Assembly (NCBI GenBank): GCA_037440445.1
Contig: JBBIUA010000005.1
Location: 73,100-137,099, forward strand
DNA length: 64,000 nucleotides
Origin: Ignavibacteria bacterium
GTDB taxonomy: Bacteria > Bacteroidota > Ignavibacteria > Kapaibacteriales > UBA2268
Reading direction: 5' to 3'
In this document: positions 47,723-56,398 of the stretch, piece by piece
How the letters are laid out: each line of letters starts with the position of its first letter
How positions within the stretch are numbered: the stretch's first letter is position 1
Position numbers and translations under genes: made by a program
Notes under the pieces: generated by a model
Databases searched by the model: none
The model's input: the letters and a program-made list of their open reading frames with translations, nothing else
Told to the model about the DNA's origin: nothing

Positions 47723-48451
47723 TTAACTCTCTTTTCTTGAAAAATATCTAATTTTAATAATGTAGTGACGAATAAAACTAACAATTAGATATAAAATAAA
47801 AAAAGGGAAAATGAATAATCCTTTCGAAACAATAGAAAGAACAATAGCCAGAAGGAAAATGATTGATTTTATAGGGTTTTCTTTTATGTATCCCCAACTT
47901 GGACGCGGAGCATTGTAAAATTTAATGGTGGAAATCATTGCAAGGGAAGTAATAATAGTAACAGTAATAATTGAAAGGTGTTTTACCTCATTGGACAAGA
48001 AGTTATTTTGATGGTAGAAAAGCAAGTAAGAGATAATCATGAAAGCTGCGGAAGGAATTGGCATTCCAGTGTAAAACTTTTTGTCCTCGAAAGCAGATGT
48101 TTGAATGTTAAACCTTGCTAATCTTAAGACTCCGCAAATTAATGGTAAAGCAGAAAGAAGTAAACCTATGTCTTGAAATTGATAAAAATAAATTTTATAT
48201 AACAGGAATGATGGAACTAAACCGAATGAAACTGCATCGGATAATGAATCTAATTGAACTCCAAACTCACTTGCAGATTTGATAAGGCGTGCTGTAATAC
48301 CATCAAGCATATCGAAAATTGCAGCAATCAGAACAAATAATGCTGCAAATGCATATATTTCTTTGGATGCATATATTAAAGCAATGAATCCAGATAAAAG
48401 ATTTGCGAGTGTAAGGGAGTTTGGGACTATTGACCTGGTAATTCTAATCAT
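47723..48451 (-). CDS. pssA: CDP-diacylglycerol--serine O-phosphatidyltransferase
   Basis: CDP-alcohol phosphatidyltransferase motif DMLDGITARLIKSASEFGVQLDSLSDAV. Adjacent to psd. Confidence 0.85.
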   Translation of the reverse strand: MIRITRSIVPNSLTLANLLSGFIALIYASKEIYAFAALFVLIAAIFDMLDGITARLIKSASEFGVQLDSLSDAVSFGLVPSFLLYKIYFYQFQDIGLLLSALPLICGVLRLARFNIQTSAFEDKKFYTGMPIPSAAFMIISYLLFYHQNNFLSNEVKHLSIITVTIITSLAMISTIKFYNAPRPSWGYIKENPIKSIIFLLAIVLSIVSKGLFIFPFFILYLIVSFIRHYIIKIRYFSRKES

Positions 48452-49148
48452 ATTTTACAGTTCCAAGAAAGTCAATATCTTTTCTTAAACGAGCAATAAT
48501 AGTTTCACCACCTTTAACTTTATCACCAACTTTTGTATAAATTTGTGAGCCAATTGGAATAATCACATCCATACGAGAACCGAACTTCATCATTCCTATC
48601 TTGTCTCCAGCATCGACAATGTCTCCAACTTTTAGAATAGAAACAACTCGTCTTGCTAAAATACCTGCGATTTGTTTAAAAGCAATTTTCCCAAATTGAT
48701 TTTCAATTCCAATTAGAGTGTGTTCATTAAGTTCAGATGCTTTCGGATGATATGCAACAAGATATTTTCCAGGGAAATATTCAGCATAAAAGACTCTACC
48801 AGAAATTGGGGCTCGGTTAACATGCACATCCAAAGGACTTAGAAAAATGCTAATTTGAATAGATTTGCAATTTAAAAGTCTTGTTTCTTCGATTTCCTTT
48901 ATTTCTACTACCTTCCCATCGGCTGGAGATAAGATTATCGAATGGTCTTCTATGGCTAAAAGGGGTACATTTCGTGAGGGGTCGCGAAAAAACCAAATTG
49001 AAAAAACAGATAGGAATAACCCGACGACAAAAAGTAGAATTGAGAAAACAAAATTAATGTTTAATAAAAAGGACAAGACTATGAACAATATACCTAAGCC
49101 TATACCAATTAAAAAGTTATCTAACCCAAATTTAGCGATTTTAAACAT
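48444..49148 (-). CDS. psd: Phosphatidylserine decarboxylase proenzyme
   Basis: Short-type Psd with the self-cleavage region MKFGSRMDVIIP. Overlaps pssA by 8 nt. Confidence 0.85.
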   Translation of the reverse strand: MFKIAKFGLDNFLIGIGLGILFIVLSFLLNINFVFSILLFVVGLFLSVFSIWFFRDPSRNVPLLAIEDHSIILSPADGKVVEIKEIEETRLLNCKSIQISIFLSPLDVHVNRAPISGRVFYAEYFPGKYLVAYHPKASELNEHTLIGIENQFGKIAFKQIAGILARRVVSILKVGDIVDAGDKIGMMKFGSRMDVIIPIGSQIYTKVGDKVKGGETIIARLRKDIDFLGTVKYD

Positions 49149-49261
49149 TGTTGAAAAATAAAAAAAGTTTATAAAATTTTACAGACAATTTTCATAAATT
49201 GACAAACTTAAAAATTAAAATTAAGAAAAATTGATTTAATCGAAATAAAAGGGAGTTCAAG

Positions 49262-50452
49262 ATGAAATTCAAAATTGCTTTAAAGGATTTAAATCAAGCA
49301 TTGCAAAAAGTAAGTTCAGCATTACCGAAAAAATCTCCTTTGCCAGTGCTTGAACATTTTTATTTTATTTTAGAAGGGGATTTGTTGAAAATTATTGCTA
49401 CAGACCAAAAAATTATTATTATGCATCAACTGGTGATTGAACCTGGTGAGGATGGGAAAATTCTTGTTCCAGGGAAAAAGATATTGGATATTATTCGTGC
49501 ATTAGAGGATAGCGAAGAACTTACTTTTTCTGCTGACCACGATACTTTCAACATTTCCATTAAAACTATTTATGGCAAATATTCAATGAAAGGTCTCGAC
49601 CCTAACGAATATTTAGATTTACCTGAATTGTTTCAATCCGAGAAGCCCGATATTACTAAGCTGCTCGATGATTTGGGAGAAGAAGCACGGAAAGAGGCAG
49701 CTTTGATTTCGATGAGGGATATTACTTGGGCTTCCGATAGAACTTATTTTTGCTCCTCGAAAGATGATTTTAAAGTTGCAATGACAGGAGTTTATTTTCA
49801 ATTTCTTGGAGATAAATTAAATCTTGTTTCAACCGATGGTTACCGACTTTCCAAAGCTACAATTCTTAGTGATGGCCACAATGTTTTTCCAAACAATCTC
49901 GGCATAATTATTCCAGCCGATACAGTTGAACTTTTGCGAAAAGCCGATAATGACGCACTTATTTCGTTTATTAAAAACGAAGATGAGATTACTCATATTC
50001 GATTTGATATTGGGAACAGCGTTATTATTTCACGAAGGATTGCAGAAACTTTTCCAAAATACGAAAATGTAATTCCAACAGACAATCCTTATAAATTGAA
50101 ACTAAACAAGAAAGAGATTATTTCTGCATTACGCCGAGTTTCGTTATTTGCCAGTTCATTTCAAAAGATGGTTAAATTTCAAATTTCATCAGAATCAATG
50201 GTATTGACCACCGAAGACCCAGACCAAGGTACGCAAGCGCAAGAGACAGTTCCTTGTGAATTCAACAATGAAAATTTCGAGATAGCTTTTAATTATGAAT
50301 TCTTTATCGAGGCTGTGCAAAATATGGAAACCGAGGATAATAACAATAGTGTCTTTATTGAAATGAGCGGAGCAAACAAACCTGCTATAATTCGACCAAC
50401 CGAAGGTGATGAACGATTGCTGATGCTATTAATGCCTATGCGCCTCAATTAG
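49262..50452 (+). CDS. dnaN: DNA polymerase III beta sliding clamp
   Basis: Three-domain clamp-length protein (LVSTDGYRLS, C-terminal LLMPMRL). SD GGGAG. Followed by recF. Confidence 0.9.
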   Translation: MKFKIALKDLNQALQKVSSALPKKSPLPVLEHFYFILEGDLLKIIATDQKIIIMHQLVIEPGEDGKILVPGKKILDIIRALEDSEELTFSADHDTFNISIKTIYGKYSMKGLDPNEYLDLPELFQSEKPDITKLLDDLGEEARKEAALISMRDITWASDRTYFCSSKDDFKVAMTGVYFQFLGDKLNLVSTDGYRLSKATILSDGHNVFPNNLGIIIPADTVELLRKADNDALISFIKNEDEITHIRFDIGNSVIISRRIAETFPKYENVIPTDNPYKLKLNKKEIISALRRVSLFASSFQKMVKFQISSESMVLTTEDPDQGTQAQETVPCEFNNENFEIAFNYEFFIEAVQNMETEDNNNSVFIEMSGANKPAIIRPTEGDERLLMLLMPMRLN

Positions 50453-50455
50453 GTT

Positions 50456-51592
50456 ATGTTTTTATTGAGGGTTAAATTCGAAAATATTAGAAACCATATT
50501 ATTACACAATTATTTCCTTCGAGAAATCTAAATGTAATATATGGAAGAAATGGCTCGGGGAAAACATCAATTCTCGAAGCCATTTCTATTTGTGCATTTT
50601 CTAAAAGTTTCATTTCTTCTTTTGATCAAAATATTGTAAGATATGGAACCAACTATTATCGTGTTGAAATTGAAGGAAAAAGTGAAAGTGGTTTACCTAT
50701 AGGATTGCAAATTCTCTTTCAATTGGGAAAAAAGAAAGAAATCAAATCTTCTTCTGGAGAGAATTTATCCGTACAGGACTTAGTTGGAAAAGTTCCAGTC
50801 GTTGTTTTGTCTCCCGAGATGAGGGAAATTATTTTTGGCTCTCCGGCTGTCCGAAGGGAATTTATCGATAGGATAATTTCACAAACAGATCAGATATATT
50901 TTCGAGATTTAATTTTAAATCGGAGAATTTTGAAGCAAAGGAATAAGTTACTTAATGATATCCTTCTTGGCAATAGTAAAGATATTGAATTACTTCATAT
51001 ATGGACACAGAAATTTATTGAAAGTTCTGCAGAAATAATAAAGAAAAGAATTCTATTTATTAAAGACTTTCCTTCTCTTTTTATTAATAATTATCAAGTT
51101 CTTGTCCAAAGAAAAGAAGCTGTAAATTTAACTTATCAGCCTTTTGAATTTCCTCAAGAATTCGAAAATTTTACTGAAGAAGAAATTTCGAGAATTTTGA
51201 ACTTGCAAGCAGAAAGTTTTTTTGAAAAGGAACTGAGTCGTGGAATTACTCTTTTTGGACCCCAAAAAGATGATTTTATTATTTCTTTAAATAATCAACA
51301 AGCAAAAAATATCGTGTCACAAGGACAAAGTAAAACAATTCTTATTGCATTAAAATATGCTGAAATCCAGTACTTCTTCAAGACCAAAAATACAACTCCG
51401 ATAGTACTTTTCGACGATATTTTTTCTGAATTAGATAAAGAACGAGTCGAACAGGTTTTAACAGTGTTGTCGAATAATCAAATTCAATTCTTCATTACTA
51501 CAACCGAAATTGACGGACTAAAGGATTTTTTGCAATTTTGTCCTGATTTTAAAATCTTTTATGTAGAAAATGGTTCAGTAAAAGAAAACTAA
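50456..51592 (+). CDS. recF: DNA replication and repair protein RecF
   Basis: Walker A GRNGSGKTSILEAI, signature SQGQSKT, and Walker B VLFDDIFSELD. Confidence 0.9.
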   Translation: MFLLRVKFENIRNHIITQLFPSRNLNVIYGRNGSGKTSILEAISICAFSKSFISSFDQNIVRYGTNYYRVEIEGKSESGLPIGLQILFQLGKKKEIKSSSGENLSVQDLVGKVPVVVLSPEMREIIFGSPAVRREFIDRIISQTDQIYFRDLILNRRILKQRNKLLNDILLGNSKDIELLHIWTQKFIESSAEIIKKRILFIKDFPSLFINNYQVLVQRKEAVNLTYQPFEFPQEFENFTEEEISRILNLQAESFFEKELSRGITLFGPQKDDFIISLNNQQAKNIVSQGQSKTILIALKYAEIQYFFKTKNTTPIVLFDDIFSELDKERVEQVLTVLSNNQIQFFITTTEIDGLKDFLQFCPDFKIFYVENGSVKEN

Positions 51593-51619
51593 TTTATTTT
51601 TTTATAAAATGGTGAAAAA

Positions 51620-52582
51620 ATGAGAAAAGAAACCAAGAGAATTCTTGTTACTGGAGCATGTGGTCAAATTGGTTCAGAATTGACTTTAAAATTGTGTGAA
51701 GTTTACGGTAAAAACAATATTGTTGCTTCTGATCTAAAAGAACCGCAAACTGGCTCGACTGTTTCAGAATGTACTTTCGAAAAACTTGATGTAACAGATT
51801 TTGAAGCATTCGAATCGATTATTAAGAAACACAATATCGATACTATTGTTCATCTTGCAGCTTTGCTGTCTTTTGTAGGTGAGCAAAATCCTATTAAGTG
51901 TTGGAATGTCAATATCAATGGTACACTTAATGCTTTTAATCTTGGTGTTAAATATGGCTTATCAAAAATTTTTGTACCAAGTTCAATAGCAGTTTGGGGG
52001 AAGGGAGTTCCTAAAGTTGCTCCACAGGACAGTGTGCTTAATCCTACAACTATGTATGGAGTTACAAAAGTGACAATTGAAAAACTTGGGACTTATTATT
52101 TCAGGAAATTCGGACTTGATTGTCGTGGTGTTCGATATCCTGGTATAATTTCATCGGAAACATTACCAGGAGGAGGGACAACGGATTATGCAGTTGAGAT
52201 ATTTTATAGTGCCGTTAAAGGAGAAGATTTTGTTTGTTTTGTTCGAAAAGATACTCGTCTTCCAATGATGTATATGCCGGATTGTATAAAAGCAACAGTT
52301 GATTTACTAAATGCACCACTTGAAAGACTAACTCGGCAATGCGATTATAACGTTGGGGCTATGAGTTTTGATGTTGCTTCTTTAGTTGAGGAAATAAGAA
52401 ATTATTATCCAAATTTTAAAGTTATCTATAAGCCTGATTCAAGGCAAGAAATTGCAGATTCATGGCCCGACGATGTTGACGATTCTTGTGCCAGAAACGA
52501 TTGGGGGTGGCAACCAAAATATGATATGAAGTTAATGGTCAAAGATATGATTGAAAAGCTTAAAATAAAATTAAGCAAATAA
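51620..52582 (+). CDS. NAD-dependent epimerase/dehydratase family protein, SDR-type L-threonine 3-dehydrogenase-like
   Basis: Rossmann motif ILVTGACGQIGSEL and catalytic YGVTK. Length and motifs match the extended-SDR TDH group. Confidence 0.7.
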   Translation: MRKETKRILVTGACGQIGSELTLKLCEVYGKNNIVASDLKEPQTGSTVSECTFEKLDVTDFEAFESIIKKHNIDTIVHLAALLSFVGEQNPIKCWNVNINGTLNAFNLGVKYGLSKIFVPSSIAVWGKGVPKVAPQDSVLNPTTMYGVTKVTIEKLGTYYFRKFGLDCRGVRYPGIISSETLPGGGTTDYAVEIFYSAVKGEDFVCFVRKDTRLPMMYMPDCIKATVDLLNAPLERLTRQCDYNVGAMSFDVASLVEEIRNYYPNFKVIYKPDSRQEIADSWPDDVDDSCARNDWGWQPKYDMKLMVKDMIEKLKIKLSK

Positions 52583-52745
52583 AGATTATTAGTAAAAATA
52601 AAGTCTTTAGTTTGTTTTAAATAGGTTAAGAAAATAACTCATTAAAATTTGAAAAACCTTTTTGTCCTTACTATACTTTGGAAAATATTCGTTCGAATTT
52701 CGAAAATTTTATTAATCCGTTATAGTACTTAATTTTTGTTTTGGT

Positions 52746-52782
52746 TAAAAAAAGAACCAGCGTCACTTTTGTCGCTGGTTCT
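52746..52782 (-). terminator. Rho-independent terminator downstream of rpsP
   Basis: Minus-strand hairpin AGAACCAGCG-(10 nt loop)-CGCTGGTTCT followed by a T7 run (the plus-strand A run at 52747-52753). Confidence 0.65.
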
Positions 52783-52809
52783 TAAAATCCATTAAATATA
52801 AGTCAGATA

Positions 52810-53220
52810 TTATGCGGTTTGCTCTTGTTCAGCTTTTTCTTGTGCTTTTTTCTTTGCTTCTTCTCGTTTCTTTCTAAGTTCTTTGCGTCTCCAGTATCGA
52901 GCTATTACTGTCTCTTTGTGTTTTTGGAGCATTTCAGCAATTTCTTCTTCAGATTTTCCTTTAAATCTAAGGTGTCTAACAAGAAGAATACCTTCGTAAG
53001 AAAGAAGATTTCGGACTGTTTCGGTGGGCTGCGCCCCTTGGTTTAACCAAAAAATTGCTCGTTCTTGATCGACTTTGATAGTTGATGGCTGAGTGTTAGG
53101 GTCATAATATCCTAATCGTTCTAAGTATTTTCCATCACGTTTAACGCGAGAATCTACAACAACAACATCATAGACTGGATAATGCTTTTTGCCTTTTCTT
53201 CTTAATCTGATTTTTACCAT
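52810..53220 (-). CDS. rpsP: 30S ribosomal protein S16 with Lys/Glu-rich C-terminal extension
   Basis: [41 protein letters not shown]. Downstream of ffh. Confidence 0.9.
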   Translation of the reverse strand: MVKIRLRRKGKKHYPVYDVVVVDSRVKRDGKYLERLGYYDPNTQPSTIKVDQERAIFWLNQGAQPTETVRNLLSYEGILLVRHLRFKGKSEEEIAEMLQKHKETVIARYWRRKELRKKREEAKKKAQEKAEQEQTA

Positions 53221-53255
53221 ATTATCCTTTAAAAATTACACAAAATTCATAATTT

Positions 53256-54590
53256 TCAAAAACCTTGAGGGAGATTAAAATTCTTAAGAAATCTACTTTT
53301 ACCACCGCGAGAGATGGTTTTCATAAGCTTCGTCATATCTTCGAATTGCTTAATAAGTCTATTTACATCTTGGATTGAAGTTCCGCTACCCAAAGCAATG
53401 CGTTTTCGTCGCGAACCGTTGAGGATTTTTGGATTTTGCCGTTCTTCTTTTGTCATAGATAGAATTATGGCTTCAACGCGAGCGAATTGTCTTTCATCTA
53501 TGTTCATATTTTTTAATGCTTTGTCCATTCCAGGAAGGAAACCAAGTAAATCTCGCAGCGAACCCATCTTTTTAATAATTTTTAGTTGTTCAAGAAAATC
53601 TTCGAAAGTAAATTGATTCTTTCGTATCTTTTCTTCAAGTTTTTTTGCTTGTTTCTCATCGAATTCTTGTTCAGCTTTTTCTACAAGAGTTACTATGTCG
53701 CCCATTCCAAGGATACGGGAAGCAATTCTTTCTGGATGGAATGGTTCCAGAGCATCAAGTTTTTCCCCAACACTTATGAATTTAATTGGCTTGCCTGTAA
53801 CAGAAAGCACAGATAATGCTGCACCACCGCGGGTATCACCATCGAGTTTTGTTAATATAACCCCTGTTAAGGGTAGTCTATCGTTAAAAGCCTTTGCGGT
53901 ATTCACAGCATCCTGACCAATCATAGCATCGCAAACAAAGAGTGTTTCGGTTGGTTGAACTACTTTCGAAAGGTTTTCAACTTCTGCCATCATCTCTTCG
54001 TCGATAGTAGTTCTTCCAGCAGTATCAAAAATCAAAACATCACGAGAAAATTTTCGTGAATAATTCAAAGCTTCTTGGGCAATTTTAACAGCATTTGTTT
54101 CGCCTGGTATTGAAAATACAGGTATATTTGCTTGCTGTCCGAGTTGTTTTAGTTGGTCAATTGCTGCAGGTCTGTGTACATCGCAAGTGACGAGTAAAGG
54201 TTGACGCCCTTTTTTCTTTAAACTTTTTCCTAATTTAGCACAAAAAGTTGTTTTCCCAGAACCTTGAAGGCCGGCAACAAGAATTTTTGTAGGTGGGATA
54301 GGTGAAAAAACAAGTTCTGAAAGTTTATTTCCAAGAACCTCTACAAGCTTATCGTATACAATTTTAACGATTACTTGTTCGGGAAGTAATTTGCCCTTTA
54401 CTTCGGTTCCAAGTGCCTTTTCTTTGACATCATCAACAAATTTACGTGCAACGTTAATATTTACATCGGCTTCAATCAAAGCCCGACGAATTTCACGTAA
54501 AGCATCTTCAATATTGCTTTCAGTAATAACAGCTTGACCTTTCAGTCTCTTTAAGGCTAATTCAAGCTTTTCTTGTAGACTTTCGAACAT
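53256..54590 (-). CDS. ffh: Signal recognition particle protein Ffh
   Basis: GTPase motifs GLQGSGKTT, DTAGR and TKLDGD, plus the Met-rich M domain. Confidence 0.95.
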   Translation of the reverse strand: MFESLQEKLELALKRLKGQAVITESNIEDALREIRRALIEADVNINVARKFVDDVKEKALGTEVKGKLLPEQVIVKIVYDKLVEVLGNKLSELVFSPIPPTKILVAGLQGSGKTTFCAKLGKSLKKKGRQPLLVTCDVHRPAAIDQLKQLGQQANIPVFSIPGETNAVKIAQEALNYSRKFSRDVLIFDTAGRTTIDEEMMAEVENLSKVVQPTETLFVCDAMIGQDAVNTAKAFNDRLPLTGVILTKLDGDTRGGAALSVLSVTGKPIKFISVGEKLDALEPFHPERIASRILGMGDIVTLVEKAEQEFDEKQAKKLEEKIRKNQFTFEDFLEQLKIIKKMGSLRDLLGFLPGMDKALKNMNIDERQFARVEAIILSMTKEERQNPKILNGSRRKRIALGSGTSIQDVNRLIKQFEDMTKLMKTISRGGKSRFLKNFNLPQGF

Positions 54591-54856
54591 TTAAGTTTTT
54601 TAAATAAAAAGAACTACAAAATTAAACAAAGTTTACTAATTAGCAAAATAAATCAATTTTATTATCAAACTAAATTCTAATTACAAATAAAAAACTTATC
54701 ATAGGTTAGGAATAAAAAATTACTTTAATAATGTTTTAAAAGGAAAAATAAATTTCAATATTTTTTGTATTCTTTCGGTTGCAAATTTCGAAAATTTCAT
54801 TTTAATTATTGCATAAAAAATTGTAATTTTCTTTTTTAAACATTTAAGGAGAAAAA

Positions 54857-56248
54857 ATGGCAACACGAATTGAACGCGATTCAATGGGTGAAATTGAAGT
54901 CCCAGCGAATGTTTACTGGGGAGCACAAACCCAGCGCTCTTTAATTCATTTTCGGATTGGGGAAGAAAAGATGCCAAGGGAAATTATTCGTGCTTTTGGT
55001 ATTTTGAAAAAGGCTTGTGCCATTGTGAACTTTGAACTTGGCCTGTTACCAAAAGAAAAAATGGAGTTGATTGTACAAGCGGCTGATGAAGTAATAAGTG
55101 GTAAACTTGACTCTCACTTTCCACTTTCCGTTTGGCAAACTGGAAGTGGGACGCAGACTAATATGAATGTAAACGAGGTCATTTCTAATCGGGCAATTGA
55201 ATTAGCAGGTGGGGAACTTGGGAGTAAGAAGCCTATTCATCCAAATGATGATGTGAACAAATCACAAAGTTCTAATGATACTTTTCCGACCGCAATGCAC
55301 ATTGCTGCTGCTGAATCTATTAATAATTTACTTTTACCGGCTGTTGCAAGTTTGCGAAAAACATTAAAACAGAAGTCAGAAGAATTTAAGGACCTTATCA
55401 AAATTGGACGAACCCATCTGATGGATGCAGTTCCATTAACTTTAGGTCAAGAATTTTCTGGCTATGTTCAACAATTGGACAATGCAATAGAGAGAATTCA
55501 TTTAGTGCTTCCAGGTTTGTATGAATTAGCAATTGGTGGAACAGCAGTAGGTACTGGATTGAACACACATCCAGAATTTGCTGAAAGGGTTGCCAAAAAA
55601 GTTGCAGAACTGACAGGCTTACCATTTGTTTCTGCTCCAAATAAATTCGAAGCACTGGCATCTCACGATGCTTTAGTTTTTGCTCACGGAGCTTTGAAAA
55701 CATTGGCTGCCTCATTAATGAAAATTGCTAATGATATTCGCTGGCTTGCTTCCGGACCACGCTGCGGATTGAGAGAAATAACAATTCCTGAAAACGAACC
55801 GGGTTCTTCGATAATGCCTGGTAAAGTAAATCCAACACAGTCCGAAGCAATGACAATGGTTGCGGTCCAAGTGTTTGGAAATGATGCGACAATTAACTTT
55901 GCAGGGGCTTCTGGCAATTTTGAATTAAATGTGTTTAAACCTGTGATTATCTATAACTTCTTACAAAGTGTTCGACTTTTAGCCGATACTTGTACAATGT
56001 TTAACCAACATTGTGCCATAGGAATAGAACCCGTAAAAGAACGTTTAAATTATTATGTCAATAATTCATTGATGCTTGTTACAGCTTTAAATCCTTACAT
56101 TGGATATGATAATGCTGCTAAAATTGCAAAATATGCATATCAGAATTATACAACTTTGAAAGAGGCTGCTGTAAAATTAGGTTTTCTAACAGAAGAAAAG
56201 TTCGACGAAATCGTTAGACCTGAAAAAATGTTGGGACCAAATGTATAA
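54857..56248 (+). CDS. fumC: Fumarate hydratase class II
   Basis: Signature [24 protein letters not shown]. Confidence 0.95.
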   Translation: MATRIERDSMGEIEVPANVYWGAQTQRSLIHFRIGEEKMPREIIRAFGILKKACAIVNFELGLLPKEKMELIVQAADEVISGKLDSHFPLSVWQTGSGTQTNMNVNEVISNRAIELAGGELGSKKPIHPNDDVNKSQSSNDTFPTAMHIAAAESINNLLLPAVASLRKTLKQKSEEFKDLIKIGRTHLMDAVPLTLGQEFSGYVQQLDNAIERIHLVLPGLYELAIGGTAVGTGLNTHPEFAERVAKKVAELTGLPFVSAPNKFEALASHDALVFAHGALKTLAASLMKIANDIRWLASGPRCGLREITIPENEPGSSIMPGKVNPTQSEAMTMVAVQVFGNDATINFAGASGNFELNVFKPVIIYNFLQSVRLLADTCTMFNQHCAIGIEPVKERLNYYVNNSLMLVTALNPYIGYDNAAKIAKYAYQNYTTLKEAAVKLGFLTEEKFDEIVRPEKMLGPNV

Positions 56249-56275
56249 TCTTTCCTTTCGTGATTTTGTAAAAAG

Positions 56276-56302
56276 TTGCCCCTTTTTTGGGGCAATTTTT
56301 TT
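56276..56302 (+). terminator. Rho-independent terminator after fumC
   Basis: TTGCCCC-TTTTTT-GGGGCAA followed by T7. Confidence 0.7.
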
Positions 56303-56398
56303 ATTCTTATTCAAAGTTAAATCTATATGCATTTTATCTTAATAAAGTTCAATATATTGCAATTTTTTTAATTTGATTTCATAATTGTGGAGTTGGAG

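Noticed and set aside
54720-54977. 85-aa minus-strand ORF spanning the ffh-fumC intergenic region and the fumC start
   Set aside because: It overlaps the well-supported fumC start, has no SD, and its sequence is AT-rich and low-complexity. It is likely spurious.
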